Part shown: positions 13,880-27,226 of the stretch, piece after piece | Layout: each line of letters starts with the position of its first letter | How positions within the stretch are numbered: the first letter of the stretch is position 1 | Notes under the pieces: model-generated | Database searches by the model: none | What the model was told of the DNA's origin: nothing | What the model saw: the letters and a program-made list of their open reading frames with translations, nothing else | Made by a program: the position numbers and the translations under genes | Assembly (NCBI GenBank): GCA_965153455.1 | Contig: OZ234494.1 | Coordinates: 3,968,001 to 4,032,000 of the forward strand | Length of the DNA: 64,000 nt | Source: Sphagnum compactum | Taxonomy: Eukaryota | Direction of reading: 5' to 3'

Positions 13880-16030
13880 GTCTATATCCCTTTCAAGGAA
13901 TTCTACTAAGTTAGATGGAGATTTACATCTTGTTCTAAGGTCATTAGGCCAATTTTTGTTGACAAATATATATATTTAAAACATTCAATCTCCAAATGAC
14001 ATTTCCTAAAGTTAATGAATATTTCAGCCAATGAAAATTTCGTTTTTGTTTAAATTTATGATCCAACAATGCCCCAAAATTTGGCAAACTAGAAAACCAA
14101 TAGTAAAAAAATTGCTTCATATGTTTCCAACAATTGAAGAAGACATTGATGTCTTTAACATCCAATTGGTACTACCTAAAAATTAGTATTTCTCTTGACA
14201 AGTTTTTTTGCTAGTTCATTTATACTTGTAATCTATTAAAAAAAATCCAAATTACAATCTTGATAAAAAATATCTTCATCAACATGATTTCTATTTGACC
14301 TTATTAAAGGATGCAAATGTTCATGACATTTTACCAACATATGATATAAATATTTCTTATCATATTCTTCAAAAAGACTAACATCTTACTCCTATCCAAT
14401 AAATGAGGATATTATTCGAAAGCTTTTAAACCTAGGGTTTAGCATCAAAGAAATCATATTATGGGCTTTTTTCTTTTCATATTTTATTAAAAATGAAAGG
14501 AAGACACCACAAACATCCTTTCTAATGTTAAAAACCAATAAAACCCATTCATCAACAATAATTGAATCATCTTCCATTAGGCTTTCACATGAAGGAACAA
14601 TTTGATTTTTTCCTTTAAGTTTTAAATTCATTGAAATGGTACAATGTAATGCATTTCTAAGTAACCAATATCCACATGATTGGTTAGGAACACAAGTAGA
14701 GATAGTTGGAAAAAGACAATTGACAATAATTTGAGAAATCTTCTAAGTTAGAGGTGGAGGCACTTGACCGTTAACCCTCACAATAGTCTATTTGTTTGTA
14801 ACATAACACAATTGTAGAACAAAATTACATTGCCTCTTGAACACAATAATCTTATTAGCAAATTTGCAAAACAAAACACTAATAAAATGATTACCATTTT
14901 CATTTAGTTAATGAGTGTAAAAAATTAAAAAAACTAAAACAGTACTTTAAAACAAAAGACTATTTGGTTTTCACTAGAGTGTTCAATTTTCTTGACCAAA
15001 TTCTAGTTTCAACACAAACCTTATTCCATTCCTATCTTCCTTCCCTAGATTTCTTAAGCCAAGTCATGCACTTTTATCAATCTACTTAAAGAGACTTAAT
15101 GTAAACATATTTCAGATTTTTGCAAACCTTTTTATCTTTTGTGCTAGATATTGACATGCCTTTGAAAAAATGTGCCCAAAACAAGTTCCTTGGATGCTTT
15201 CCTTGAAATTAAAAGATTCAGAGCTCACAAAAAAACAATAATCATGGCATTGAAATTGGAACCCTTCAATTTTTGACATAAACAATGATTTTAAATCATA
15301 TTTATCCAATAAATTTGTCAAACTTGTAGCCAAAGCTTGTCCTATAGTTGTTTGTAACTTCAAACAATTCAATAGTGACATGCTTTAATTGCCAATCACC
15401 CCCCCAAAAAATTAATAACTAACCTAAACACATCATAAGCTCCTTTGGACATCTAGAATTCAAAGCTAATAGTTGTAGAATGGCAAGAAGAAATGCTTTG
15501 TTTTCTCCATTAACCCTAGTAACATTTCTTATGAAAATTGTTTCCTAGAATGGAAATTTAGTTTTGGACCTAAACATAAAGCTAGCCATTTCAGTTAGAT
15601 ATTTTCCACAAATTGAATTGGTAAATATTTTTTGATAATCAAAAGACCAAGGTTCTCAAGGAATTCATTATGTGGCACAATTTCCTTTTGGAAAAAATCC
15701 TTCACAACAATTTTTTTTGAGATTGACCCTCAATGTATAATATATATTTGTTGTTTTCTTCGTAAGTTGTTTTTCCTTTGTTTGTTTTAGTGAACTATTC
15801 ATTTTTTCTCAAATTTTTTTACAATTAGAATATGATATGCATCCATATGTTTTTAAAGAGAAGTTATTCCATTTGTTTTGTAATAAGAAATTAATCCTTT
15901 CTTGCTTGAGTTCTTGGATTTGTTGTAGTTACAAGATTTTTATGACAAAGTATACAACAAATGATTTGTGCATTTTCAAGATCAACTATTGCATTATCAT
16001 TTACACAATATAAGCCCCAACACAAAGATG
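13880..16030 (-). pseudogene. hAT-superfamily transposase relic (BED-finger-like N-term, dimerisation C-term)
   Basis: Fragments GTCFGHIFSKACQY (15112-15381), AHNMISLMLNPRFKS (14392-14631), a C-terminal dimerisation-like part (13944-14165) and a Cys-containing CILCH segment near 15940. CAGTGTTGGGTGGG at 13450 resembles a hAT TIR. Confidence 0.72.
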
Positions 16031-17779
16031 TTTTTCCATGAGGTTTCCATAATTTTCTTTGAGCATGCAACTTTTTAAACTTATTTCATTACTTGTTTAG
16101 TGTACTTCTTTTCATTTTTACTTCCTTTAGTTTGCACATTAAGGTTCTTTTCATATCTTTTTTCCATAATTATATCATGTTCATGAATATTTCAATTATC
16201 TCATTATTAGGGTTTATTCTATTTTCATCCGAAGAAGATTGATCCATTTACAAGTTTTCAAAAAAAATCCAAAGTTAATGGAGAAAACATATATTTTCTA
16301 TACCAAGGAACTATAACCTTTCATAATGAACAAATGAAAAACTACTTGCAAATATAACAAAACATTTACAAACAAAAAATTTAAGGCTTTAAGAAATGGG
16401 ATTTAGGGTTTAGAAAATTTGTCAAAAAATAACTCATTGTTTTCTCTCATCATGATTAAAAAAAAATGTATAAGGGAAGGTAATTGTTTAACTAAAATTT
16501 TTGTTGTAAAAGATTAAAATCCTATAAACAAAAAAATAAAAAAAATATTACACACAAAGAAACTAGATTTTTAAAATTATATAACAATAAATAATAATAA
16601 TAAGAAAAAGAAAAAGAAAAAGAAAAGAAATTGACATTTCTTTTCAAAATAAAAAACGAAAAAAACAACTTCAACAAGAAAGAACTCAAAAAAATCCAAA
16701 AAAGAAGAAAAAAAGGAGGACTTATTAAACTAAAGCAAGTTTGATGCTCAAAGCTCCTTTACGTGCAAATAAGAAATGGGGAAGGGGGGGAAGTATCAAT
16801 TGAGATTGAACACACAAGTAGCGAAAACATCAAGGGGGAGGGAGCAATAGGAGGTGCCTTAAAAGAAATGCCTAGCACCAAGTGCAAAGCATAAAATACA
16901 TATTAGTATTCAATCTACTTCATGTGGATGTGGGAAAAATTGTCACTACAAGTTTACTTGAATCCATTGTCTTGTGCATTGTTATATGTGTTTAACATCA
17001 AATTTTGATGTATACCCTATGTAGATGTTGATGGCACATTAATTTGGTCACTTTTGAATGTTAACCCCATGACTACATCAAGGTTAATTGTTGGGTTTAA
17101 GGTTTAGGGTCTTAAACCCTTAAACCTTAAACCTGCCTATTTTTGTGTTCAATTCATTTTCATATGTTGTACCTTGAAGTATTCCAATTGTCTTTTGGAG
17201 AATAATTTCTTGTGCATGTGTTTGTTTTTCCTTAATATGCAATTTCACCTCATGGATATAATTGATTGATTGAACCAATACCAAATTCCCTTTTTTGGTT
17301 ATTTTAATGAGATTTTTTTGAGTTAAAGAGGACTTATTTTCCATTTTTGTAACATAATGTTGAGATCGTTTAATAACATTATTTGCACACTAGGTTTTGT
17401 GATATTAATTTTTTGTTGTTACACAATAAACAAATATTCGAAACTTCTTTTTTCGGAGCTTGAAATGCTTGCATAAGTTGTCTTCAAAATGGGTGTGTTG
17501 TTGCTCACCTTATATCTACATTATGACTAAAGAACGTAGGTTAGAATGTTGGGTTGTTGTGCACAACAAGAGGTTTTTTTGTCGACTCTAGGGGGGGGAG
17601 TACAATCACTATTACAAAATGTGGGTGCAATTCACTAGTCCCCATTAAGTGGACCAATGAATCCATTGGATCCCTATTAAACACCATTCAATGGGATTGG
17701 TGAATTCATTCAAAATCTAATGAAAACACTTGACAAACATGGATGCATTTTGTTGTAGTGAATTGAATAATGTGTTCTT

Positions 17780-18393
17780 GGGTGAAAGCACATTACGAGG
17801 GGGCCACTTTGAGCAATTTCATGACATGTATGTAAAATATATTTTTGTTAAACGTATTACATTTAATTTTGGGTCTCACTTTTGGTGTTTGGGTTTGATA
17901 TTTTAATTTCACAAAGTTAATGATATTTAATATTATTTGAAAAAAAGAACTAAATTGTAAAAGCTTAAATTCAAGGAATATTGAGTATATTTATGGTATA
18001 TACAATATAATAAAACCTATTTTTGTTTTTGGACTGCACTAGGTTTGGGTTTGAATTAATTAGCCAAAAAAACACATATTAAGGTGGATAATCATGAGTA
18101 CTGTAGATTTCAAAAAGACTAAACATCATTTCAATCATTTTTTGAATATATTTGCATTTTTTAGTACATAGTGACATACATTTTTTTGCCACAAATATAT
18201 TTTGGAACCTCACAATATAAATTGGGAAAAAATAAATTCTTTGTGATTGAATTTTTTGTGTTATAATCTACCATATTCAAAATTTTTGAAAGAATATGCT
18301 CCAATATTACCATGGTTGAAGTTCAAACATGGACACCCTAGAAAACAATACAATGTGACAATATTTTGGCCCCCTTGTAGTGTGCTTTCACCC
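17780..18393. mobile_element. Non-autonomous TIR element (MITE, 614 bp), GGGTGAAA family, possibly Harbinger-type
   Basis: TIRs GGGTGAAAGCACATTACGAGGGGGCCA ... TGGCCCCCTTGTAGTGTGCTTTCACCC (27 bp, 2 mismatches). Flanks are CTT / TTT. Confidence 0.8.
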
Positions 18394-19689
18394 TTTAGCC
18401 AATCCATTTAAACACAAATTAAAATATTTACAATACCAATACAAATTTTGACACTTAAACATGAAAAACCAAACATTGGTTACACTTCTTGTGGCTTGTT
18501 TATTTGTGAATGTAATCATAATGCCTCTACACAATGTAGGATGGGATCAAAATTAGGTGTGAAGGGAGATAGATGCAACTTTCTTAGTGGGATTTTCACA
18601 CATTTGTACTAATCATTGAAATCAAGGTCATCATGAAGATTTTAGTAGGTAAGGCTACACATGGTAAACATCATCTTTGGATCCCATGAAATTTCACAAA
18701 TGTGGAAGATTGAAACACAGTTTATTGTGCATGAAATCATTCATGAGGTTGAACTATGATTTGGGTGAAACCACATATTAAGGTGGACAAAAAAATAGCT
18801 TTTTAGTCCATAAATAGTCCAAAATAAAACATTTCTAGAAAAATTTGAAGGTCCTATTGTTTATAATGAAAATTATTGATAGAATTTCAAACATTTTTTT
18901 ATGTCTAACTTTAAGTGACCTTATTATGAATCTTCTTAAATATCTTTATGAAAGATAAGTCTTGGAAAAATTTAATTAAAATATCTAAATGGAGTTTGCA
19001 AATTATTGTACTATTTGAAGTCTTTAATGTGGAATAACACCAAACAAAGGGTTATAAACATTTAAAATTCATTCCCAAAGTTATGAATACATTGGACCAA
19101 ATTCATTATAAGGATTAAGTCTATAACTGTTTTGTTATGGACTGTGATAATTGTTTTGCCTAAATTGTAAAATCCATCTTTGTTTAAATATTGATGATTT
19201 TGGTGTAATAACTTCAAGTTTGGAAAGAGAAAGATGTTAGCTTCATTTATTTGAGTATTTTTTTAATAATTCTCATATTGCATTTGAATTACATATAAAA
19301 TTGTAACTTGGACCCCAGAAAACATAGACTATGACAATCCATAATGGTCATCATAGGGTGTAGTCACAATCTAACAAACCAAAAAGGGCATTGGAGTGCA
19401 AAAAATAGTAGTCAAAATTAGATAAATATTTATGTTTTGCCATTTAAAACCATGGTAATCATGGCAAGTTATTATTTTTTCATTCATATGAATGTCTAAG
19501 AATTCAAACCAAAAATCCATTTGATGAAATTTTTAATTTAAGTTTGATTTAGGACCTCTAAAAGTGAACACCGAATTAAGGGTTTTGGCCAAAAAGAATT
19601 TCCATTCATTTTTTTCATGCTTTCAAGTTGCCTTTGAATTGCTTTTTCTTCATCTTCTAACACCAAAATTTCCTGCTTTACCTCAGGCA

Positions 19690-20739
19690 TGGCATCATCT
19701 AGCCTTAAGGAATCCAGCTCAGTGTTTGCCAGCAATGCATCCCCAAGCACAACTTGTTCCATTTTTCTCCTCCAGCATGCTCCTTTTGATTTCAAGTTGC
19801 CTTTATAAGGCACTTTGTTCAATTTGCAAAGACCCCAACTCACTGAGGGTCTTACTAACAAGACCTTCAGCTTCAAGTTTACCTTTAGTAGTTGTTACAG
19901 ATGTAGCTTCTATTTTCAATATTTCCACTTGTAAAATAAATGTAAATGGTAAGTTTCAAATGAACAAGTTTGAAATGTTCATATGGCATCAAAGCAAAAA
20001 AGACCAAATCAAAACAAATAAAGACAAAACATTTGCATACCTTTTGTTCAAGCACCTAGATCTCACGCATCAATCTCTTTTGTTGAGATTCACTTTGGGA
20101 AATTGCAATTTGCGCATCTAGTGTAGTTGCCCTTTGATCCTCCACACTAAATTTCAGCCCTACGAGTTTCTCAAGTTTTGTGGGCGAAACACCATACAAC
20201 CATATGGGTTTTTCTTTGTCAAAACTATTAGCCGCATTGGGCTGCTCAGACTTATAGAATTACTAATCAAATTTGTTGGATCCTTCCCCTCCACCTTTCC
20301 TAGAAAAATTTGCAGATTCGTTCTTCATTAGTTTTGCTTCCTCTCTACGAGTTTTTTCTCGTGCTGTTGAAACAATAGCCCTAGCCAAGTTAACTTTTTC
20401 ACCCTTCTCTTATGCAATGTAGCCTTTCACAAACCAAATCATGAACTCGTTATTTGTCACTTGGTCTGTACCATACACTTTCTAAAAGAACCTAAATAAA
20501 ACCTTCTTCGTTTCTAGGTGAAGATTGAAGTTGGTAGTTTTGAAACCTTCAGATGACAACCTAAATACTACATTAGACAGAATATTTGGAGGAAATTTGG
20601 CCTTGGGGTTGAATCCTTCACCACTCAACTTCTTGACAATCCTGAAATAGTTTTCATTTTGATTTTTGTAAAGAACATAATCCCATGGAGGAAACTCAGA
20701 GTTTGCCTCCCTTTTCATTTTTTTGTTCGCCTTCCCCAT
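19690..20739 (-). pseudogene. Decayed unknown coding sequence with coiled-coil C-terminus, probably transposon-associated
   Basis: A long frame read through stops: MGKANKK...KKVLFRFF*KVYGTDQVTNNEFMIWFVKGYIA*EKGEKVNLARA...QKRLMREI*VLEQK. A putative intron 20040-~19930 (GT donor, decayed acceptor) follows, then VEILKIEAT...QLEIKRSMLEEK. Confidence 0.5.
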
Positions 20740-21169
20740 AGTAACTTGTCTCGTATGCTATCCCTAACAAATCGACAAGTTTCTTGAAATCTAAAACCTT
20801 CAACTACATTATCACACTTCCTGAAAGAACTTACAATTGTGCTAAACCTAAATGAACTCAATGGACAAGATAGAAAGTCTTCATGCTGGGGTTTGAAGTT
20901 TAGAAGTAACCACTTCAGACTTATGATGAACTCATCCTAAAACATGTGATTTAAAGTTCTTGTGTCATTCGCATGCGCGCTGAATTCCATCCACTATGCA
21001 TCGGATTCTAAAAGGCTTGACGCGGGTCTTAACTTAAATTCAAAATTCTTGCCTAGACATTTTAATAGTTAATTAGCTTTATCTTAGGTCTGCCATATCA
21101 TCAATATTTCCTTATGACTACTTTCTAAGCAAAGGACAAGTAGTTGTAATTGGGTTTTAATACCATGCC

Positions 21170-21749
21170 TAGACCCACAAGGGAAGCATAATAGTTTGGA
21201 TTGTCATAATTTTTTTGAAATATTTTCAATAAATTGTAAAGTTTACGTGTTCAAAGCTTGACACAAATCAAAAATGTTTTTGCATGTTCAAAACATTCAG
21301 ACCCTGAGGGTGGATAGTCCTTGTTTTTTTTAAACGTACTTTTTTTCTATTAAATGTGCACCATTCCTTTTGAAAATTGGAGAGGATTTTAACATTGATG
21401 ATTAGAAAAGCAAAAGGATTTGAAGTGATGAAAATTGTTTTTATAATCCATTTGAACAAATTTGGTTCAAAAGTGTTTTTTGACCCTGAAAATTAGATTT
21501 TTTGAAAATGTGGCTTTAACAAAAGTTGTTCATATATATGTGATAGAAGGCATGAATGCATTATATACATGATATAAAATCAATTCATCGTCAAAATATA
21601 TTTATATGTAAAATGTAGTGTTAAATGGGGTATTCGAAATACAAAATTTTAAGTTATCAACTAACATAGAAATGACATGTGTCATGTGCAATCCTTAGAA
21701 AAGGACTATTACCTTGGCACCCTTGGTTCTTTTGACTGTGCTTTCACCT
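21170..21749 (-). repeat. Left arm of a ~570-bp inverted repeat (terminus of a GGGTGAAA-family element)
   Basis: The reverse complement aligns by eye with 22683-23240 (e.g. gcataatagtttggattgtcat vs atgataattcaaactactatgc). Ends in TTTGACTGTGCTTTCACCT. Confidence 0.8.
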
Positions 21750-22682
21750 AATGCATTTTAATTTCAACTTGTGTATGGGTTCTTAAAGTTTAGTATCCTT
21801 CATGTTGTTGTTCAAAATACTAATGTGGTAGCTAGTGAAAATCCTTAAAGGTGTCCTACATAGGATGAAAAAGGCCGAGTCCATACTGGAGTTTTTTTTA
21901 ACCTTATATTTGGATTTGCATTAAAAAAAATAAAATCAAAAGTTGTCAAAAATTTCAGAAGGACTATATTTTGGACCATTACAATTTTAGATTTTATGGA
22001 TGATTTTATATAATCATCCATAAAGGTGTATTTACATGGTAAAAAAGGACTAGGTAAAAAAGACAAAAAAAGGTGATGTTGTGATAAGATTTTGGTACAC
22101 CTGAAAAAATTTGGACCTATCTTGTTTTTATTCTTTGATGAAATTTCATGTAAGAAATTACAAAAAATGGATTTAAGAGTTCAATAATATTTATTGGAGT
22201 AACATTTGTACACCATTATTTTTTGTGTTGTTGGCATTTGGTGATGCTAGTTGAAGATGTTGTGTTCATCATCAAAAGGCAACAACTTGACTATTTTTTA
22301 TGCTACTTGATGGAGGCTTTTGAAACCACTTTGTTCATTATTGTCATGGATCACATTTTGACTACAATCATAATATTGTTTACACTTACTATTATTTATA
22401 AATAGTTAGGATGGAACTCTACAATTTAATGTAGAGTATATACTTGAAATTTGTAATTAGTTTGTACATTGAATCTTCATGAAAGAAAAGTAGATTTGTG
22501 TAATAATACATATACAACTTTTCTTAAAACTTTTAGTAGAGACAAATCTCTAAATTATTTTGGACATTGAGTTTTCATGACAAATGAAATGTAAACTTGC
22601 ATTATAATAAAGACATAACTTCTTTGGAATTTTTAGTAGTGACAAAAAATTTCTTGGAAATTGTAATAGAAATAAAACTTTT

Positions 22683-23521
22683 GGGTGAAAACATAGTCAA
22701 AGGAGCCATGGGCACCAAAATAAAAGCCCTTTTCCAAGGACTACACATGACATGTGTTGTTTTTGTGTTGGTTTATAATTTAAAAATTTGTATTTTGGGT
22801 ATTCCCTTTATCACTACATTTTAGATATAAATACATTTTGATTACAAGTTGATTTTATATCGTGTATATTATACATTCATGCTCTGTATCACATAAACAT
22901 GAACAACTTTTGTTAAAGACACATTTTTGAAATCCATAATTTTTAGGGTCAAAAGCACTTTTGAACTTAATGTGCTCAAATTGATTATAAAAAAAAATTC
23001 ATCAATTCAAGTCCTTTTGTCCTTCTAATCATTAATGCTAAAATCCTCTCCAATTTTTAGAAGGAATGGTGCACATTAGTAAAAAAAACATGTTTGAAAA
23101 AAACAAGCATAGTTCACTCTCGAGGTTTGAGTGCTTTGAACATATAAAGCCTTTTGATTTGTGTCAAACTTTGAGCATGTAAACTTTGCAATTAATGAAA
23201 AATATTTCAAAAAAAAAAATGATAATTCAAACTACTATGCATAGTTATGACATTCTTGGTGCGAGAATGTTATGGAAGCCCAAAGAAGCAAGAATTTTAA
23301 AGAATTTTATAGATCAACCAGTGTAATTTGGTAAACATTCGCGGGTAAAGAATGTTATGACAAGGTGCTAAATGAAGAATTTTAAAGAATTTTAATGTGC
23401 AAAATGAAGAATGTCATCACTAGGCTACTATGCTTCAGTTGTGATCTTTCAAATATGCAAAAATGTAGTTTTAAGGAATGTCCACTGACTTGGGTGACTC
23501 ATTTGACTATGTTTTTAACCC
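22683..23521. mobile_element. Non-autonomous TIR element (~840 bp), GGGTGAAA family
   Basis: TIRs GGGTGAAAACATAGTCAAAGGAG ... CTCATTTGACTATGTTTTTAACCC, flanked by TTT on both sides. Confidence 0.75.
23240..23424. mobile_element. hAT-type MITE (185 bp) nested in the GGGTGAAA element
   Basis: TIRs CATAGTTATGACATTCTT ... AAGAATGTCATCACTAGG. Perfect 8-bp TSD CTACTATG (23232-23239, 23425-23432). Absent from the paralogous arm at ~21185. Confidence 0.82.
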
Positions 23522-23810
23522 TTTCTTAAACCTTTTGGACACTAAATCTTCATGAAAGAAGTAATGCAAACTTGGATTGTAGAAACAAAACCCTTTTTGT
23601 AATTATTTTGGACACCATGAAAGAAAAGTTCATGTGTTTTTGTAGACAAAACGTGAATTTCAAGCATTTGGACACAAGAAGACAAAGGCATGAATAAGTG
23701 AAGAGAGAGAGGGGGAACAACCAAAAAGAGGGGGGGGGGAATTAACATTAAATTAAACCCTCCTTTTTTGAAGTTCTACATAACACCAAACACAATTGTT
23801 GAATGGTTGA

Positions 23811-23832
23811 CTAAACCCTAAACCCTAAACCC
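23811..23832. repeat. Short interstitial telomeric repeat (CTAAACC)x3
   Basis: ctaaaccctaaaccctaaaccc. Confidence 0.75.
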
Positions 23833-26800
23833 TTGAACCTCAACAATAACTTGTGTTGCATAAATTGAGAACCTCATGAAGGCCAAGGGAATACAGGTTT
23901 TCATTAATATAATGCATGTTGGGATTTTGAAAACAATAGATCTTTTGGATGTGTCGATCCTTTCTAGGTTTCTCCATCTTAAAATACAAAAGGTTTTTAT
24001 TTAAATGGCAGAAGATTTGCATTAATGTTGTATGCATCTATTTTTTAAAGAACTTACGATCCCAAATGTTATATGTTTACAAATGTCATAGAACCTTCAA
24101 ATAAGGGTTTTGTTTTTTGAAAAATGCCCAAACTTGCAAATAAGGGTACTATTGCTTTGTTTAAGCAAGAAAGTTAATGGGTATAAGGTTTATGATTTTC
24201 TAAAGAGGATGTGCTTATGGATGTAATCTGGACTTACGGTTGTAACATATTCAATAGGAGTGGTTTTAACTTCAAAGAATTAAAGTTATCAAAAGCCTAT
24301 ATTAATACAATGATCAAGGAATCATTATTCTTGTTGTAAAACAAGTTGTGAATCATTTCCTCTACATTGATATTGAAGAAACATATTTTCTTGTTTGTGT
24401 TTGGTACATCCAAATCCAACATGTAAATCATTAAAGTAACCAACAACAATGTGCCCCATAAAATAAGCAATGAAAAAAGTGGGGATAAGTTTTATACCTT
24501 GATTGAAAGTAACATATCTATATATATATATATATATATACCTTAAATACCAAGTATGAACTAACACGCACACAAAACCATAAAAACTTAATACTTGAAC
24601 CCATTTGAGACACTCAAAGTCGAGGAGTTCTTTGGGGGGTTTTGTCTAATGAAAATGAGCAAATAGAAGATTCTATGTTTTACCTTGGTTCTACCATGAT
24701 TGATGATTCAATGGGTAAGAATTTACATTGACTTTTATGTTTTTGAATCTAGTTAGGTTAGGTTTTTGATATCTAGATCCAGAACCTCTGGTTCTAACAC
24801 TTGGATCCAGGTACCTACACAACATTAGTTCACACACCAATGATGAAAGGTCCCTTCAATTGATGAAAGCATTTTCCATGTGGAAGGTGCTTTCAAATAC
24901 AAAGAAAAAAAGCCCTTGGAGTGCTTCACCAATGTTAGGTATACTCCTTGAGAGAGTATGTTTGGCATCTCACCCACGAGAGACAGAGGGGAGATGCCTA
25001 GCAGGGGGTTAGAAGGCTTGAGTGCGGGACCTAATTGCACATAATATGTCCAATATTGGGTGATTCTATATATTTTATGTGGCATGTATGATATACCATA
25101 TTTGCATGCCAGAATGGCAAAATGAGTCCAGGTTTATGTACTTTGGCACTTGGGACTTTTGGACCTTATGACTTCGTCCAAGTGGAAAATGGACTGGAAC
25201 TTGGTAATTGTTTTTAATTTTCGTCTAGCCAACATTCGTTTTGATTCACACGATGTTTTCTTGCCTACAAACTGTCAGATCGTCTAAAGATAAAAAAGTT
25301 CACTTGTTTGAAAAAGACATTGTTTTTTTAATGAAACTTTAGTTGCTGAAAAAGTTCACTTGCCCAACTTTTCCCATCCAGTTATACTTTTTGTTTTGTA
25401 TGCATGATGGTTTTGTTGGAACAGTGGTTCCTAAAAGTTTTGTACTGCACAATTGTTTCGTAAACACTTTCGTACAAAGGCAATTTGATGCACAAGAAAA
25501 CTGTTGTGTGCAAAATAAAATGTGTAACCCAACAAAATTGATTTAAGTGCACAAGAAAAGCTTTTTGTTGTGTGCAAATATTGTAATACCTGGGCCAGTT
25601 CAACACTAATTAAAGCATTTTCAGAAATGTAGAAACTTTCAACAAATAATTTTTTCAGAATTTTCTTTTCTGAGGGAAAATAAAGAATCTGATGGAATAT
25701 TTGGGAATGTAGGATTTGTTGAAAGGTAATCCTCAAAATTAATTATTTAATTAATTTACAAACATGTGTTGAAGTGGCCAAGGTATTATGATAGTCATCA
25801 GCTTGATGTGGATAATTTTGGACATATCACAATTTGAACCAATAAGATGACAGGCTAAGGTTTAAATGTTTTTTGTTACAAAGCATGGTACATTATATTG
25901 AATAATAATATCTCCTTAAAATGCAGAGGCATTTTACATTTTTCAGAGAAATTTTTCATTGTTCATATGCATATTTCATTTTACATTGTCATTATTAAAT
26001 AACCATCCCTTGTCAGAATCTTAACATGCTCTGATTGGCTCTCTGGTCTAAGTTACAAACTATATCCTTTGGCCTCCACTTCATTACCAACCTTATAGAT
26101 CACACAAGGTATCACCCTGGGCTCTCATTGACCCCATAGTTGTGTAACCCTTTGCTGTTTGGATCAGCTTGTTTTGTTGGGCAAATTTTGCACTGTGGTG
26201 ACAAAACATTTTGAGATTTTTTTAATTTTAAAAAAAAAATTGTAAATTCGAAAAAAAATGCAAGTGAAATTTTTGTTAAATTTTGAAACCACAAAATTGA
26301 AGGAAAAAAACCTTGGGTTGGATGAAGATTTCATAACTGCTCTCCTTATGCAGATGAAAAGAGGGCATCTCAATTGTCACTTATGGTTATGCTTGGTAAC
26401 CAACTCAAACATGCTGGTTAGCTTGAATAGTCTCTCCATGAATCTACCTAGGGAATCAAAACCTCAAAAAGGGCTTAAAATAAGGCCATAAATGATGGAT
26501 TGATCATCATCTGGAGCCACAGTTATCAATTCCTTTTGGGGTCCTTTTGCACCAAGCTCATGTGCTTGCTGATCAACAAATGGGTAAATTCAAGAATTTT
26601 CTACTGGAATTCTCCATGAGGAGCTTCTTCATCATCATCTTCTTCCCCCCAAGTGCTCCTAGATCCTATATATCTTCTTTTGTTGGAGACATTATATATT
26701 CTGGCTAACAATTTCAGGGTCAGGAACGAAGCAGGCCAGGTCCACAATTGATAAGATTTTGCAGCTACCCACTAATTATTCAGCAGCAGCAGCCAGCCTA

Positions 26801-27226
26801 AGTTTTGATCTATCTATCTATCAATAATCTCAAGCTGCTTGGCACACAAACAAACATATGGCCCCGGCTGGGTGGCCAAGATGGGGTTTTGTTGCCAACA
26901 AATTCTAAGCTAATGTGTATTGTCAATCACGTTGAGGAGAATTTTTTGTGCAGTTGGTCCTGTAGAGCAGCTGTACACTAGAGCAGACAGCGAAGTTCAC
27001 AGTAGAGAGAGCAGAGAGCTAGTCTAGCAGAGAGAGAGAGAGAGAGAGCAGCTGCTTGAAGCTGGTTTGCAACAAAGCTCTGAGCCTCTGCTCTGTTCGA
27101 GAGAGAGCACAAATAAAAAAGAGTGGAAAGCTGCTGCACCGTGGCAGCAGCTCCTGTTGTTGCTTATGCTTCTTCTTGTTGCAGTGCAGGAAGTTTCGCA
27201 CCAGGGCTGCACTGCAGATCATTACC

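Noticed and set aside
24820..25045. GC-elevated block resembling a short LTR piece
   Set aside because: Borders and TSD are not identifiable by eye
27056..27226. Upstream in-frame extension of MES exon 1
   Set aside because: It begins at a non-ATG codon in GA-repeat/5' UTR-like sequence. The first in-frame ATG is 27227.
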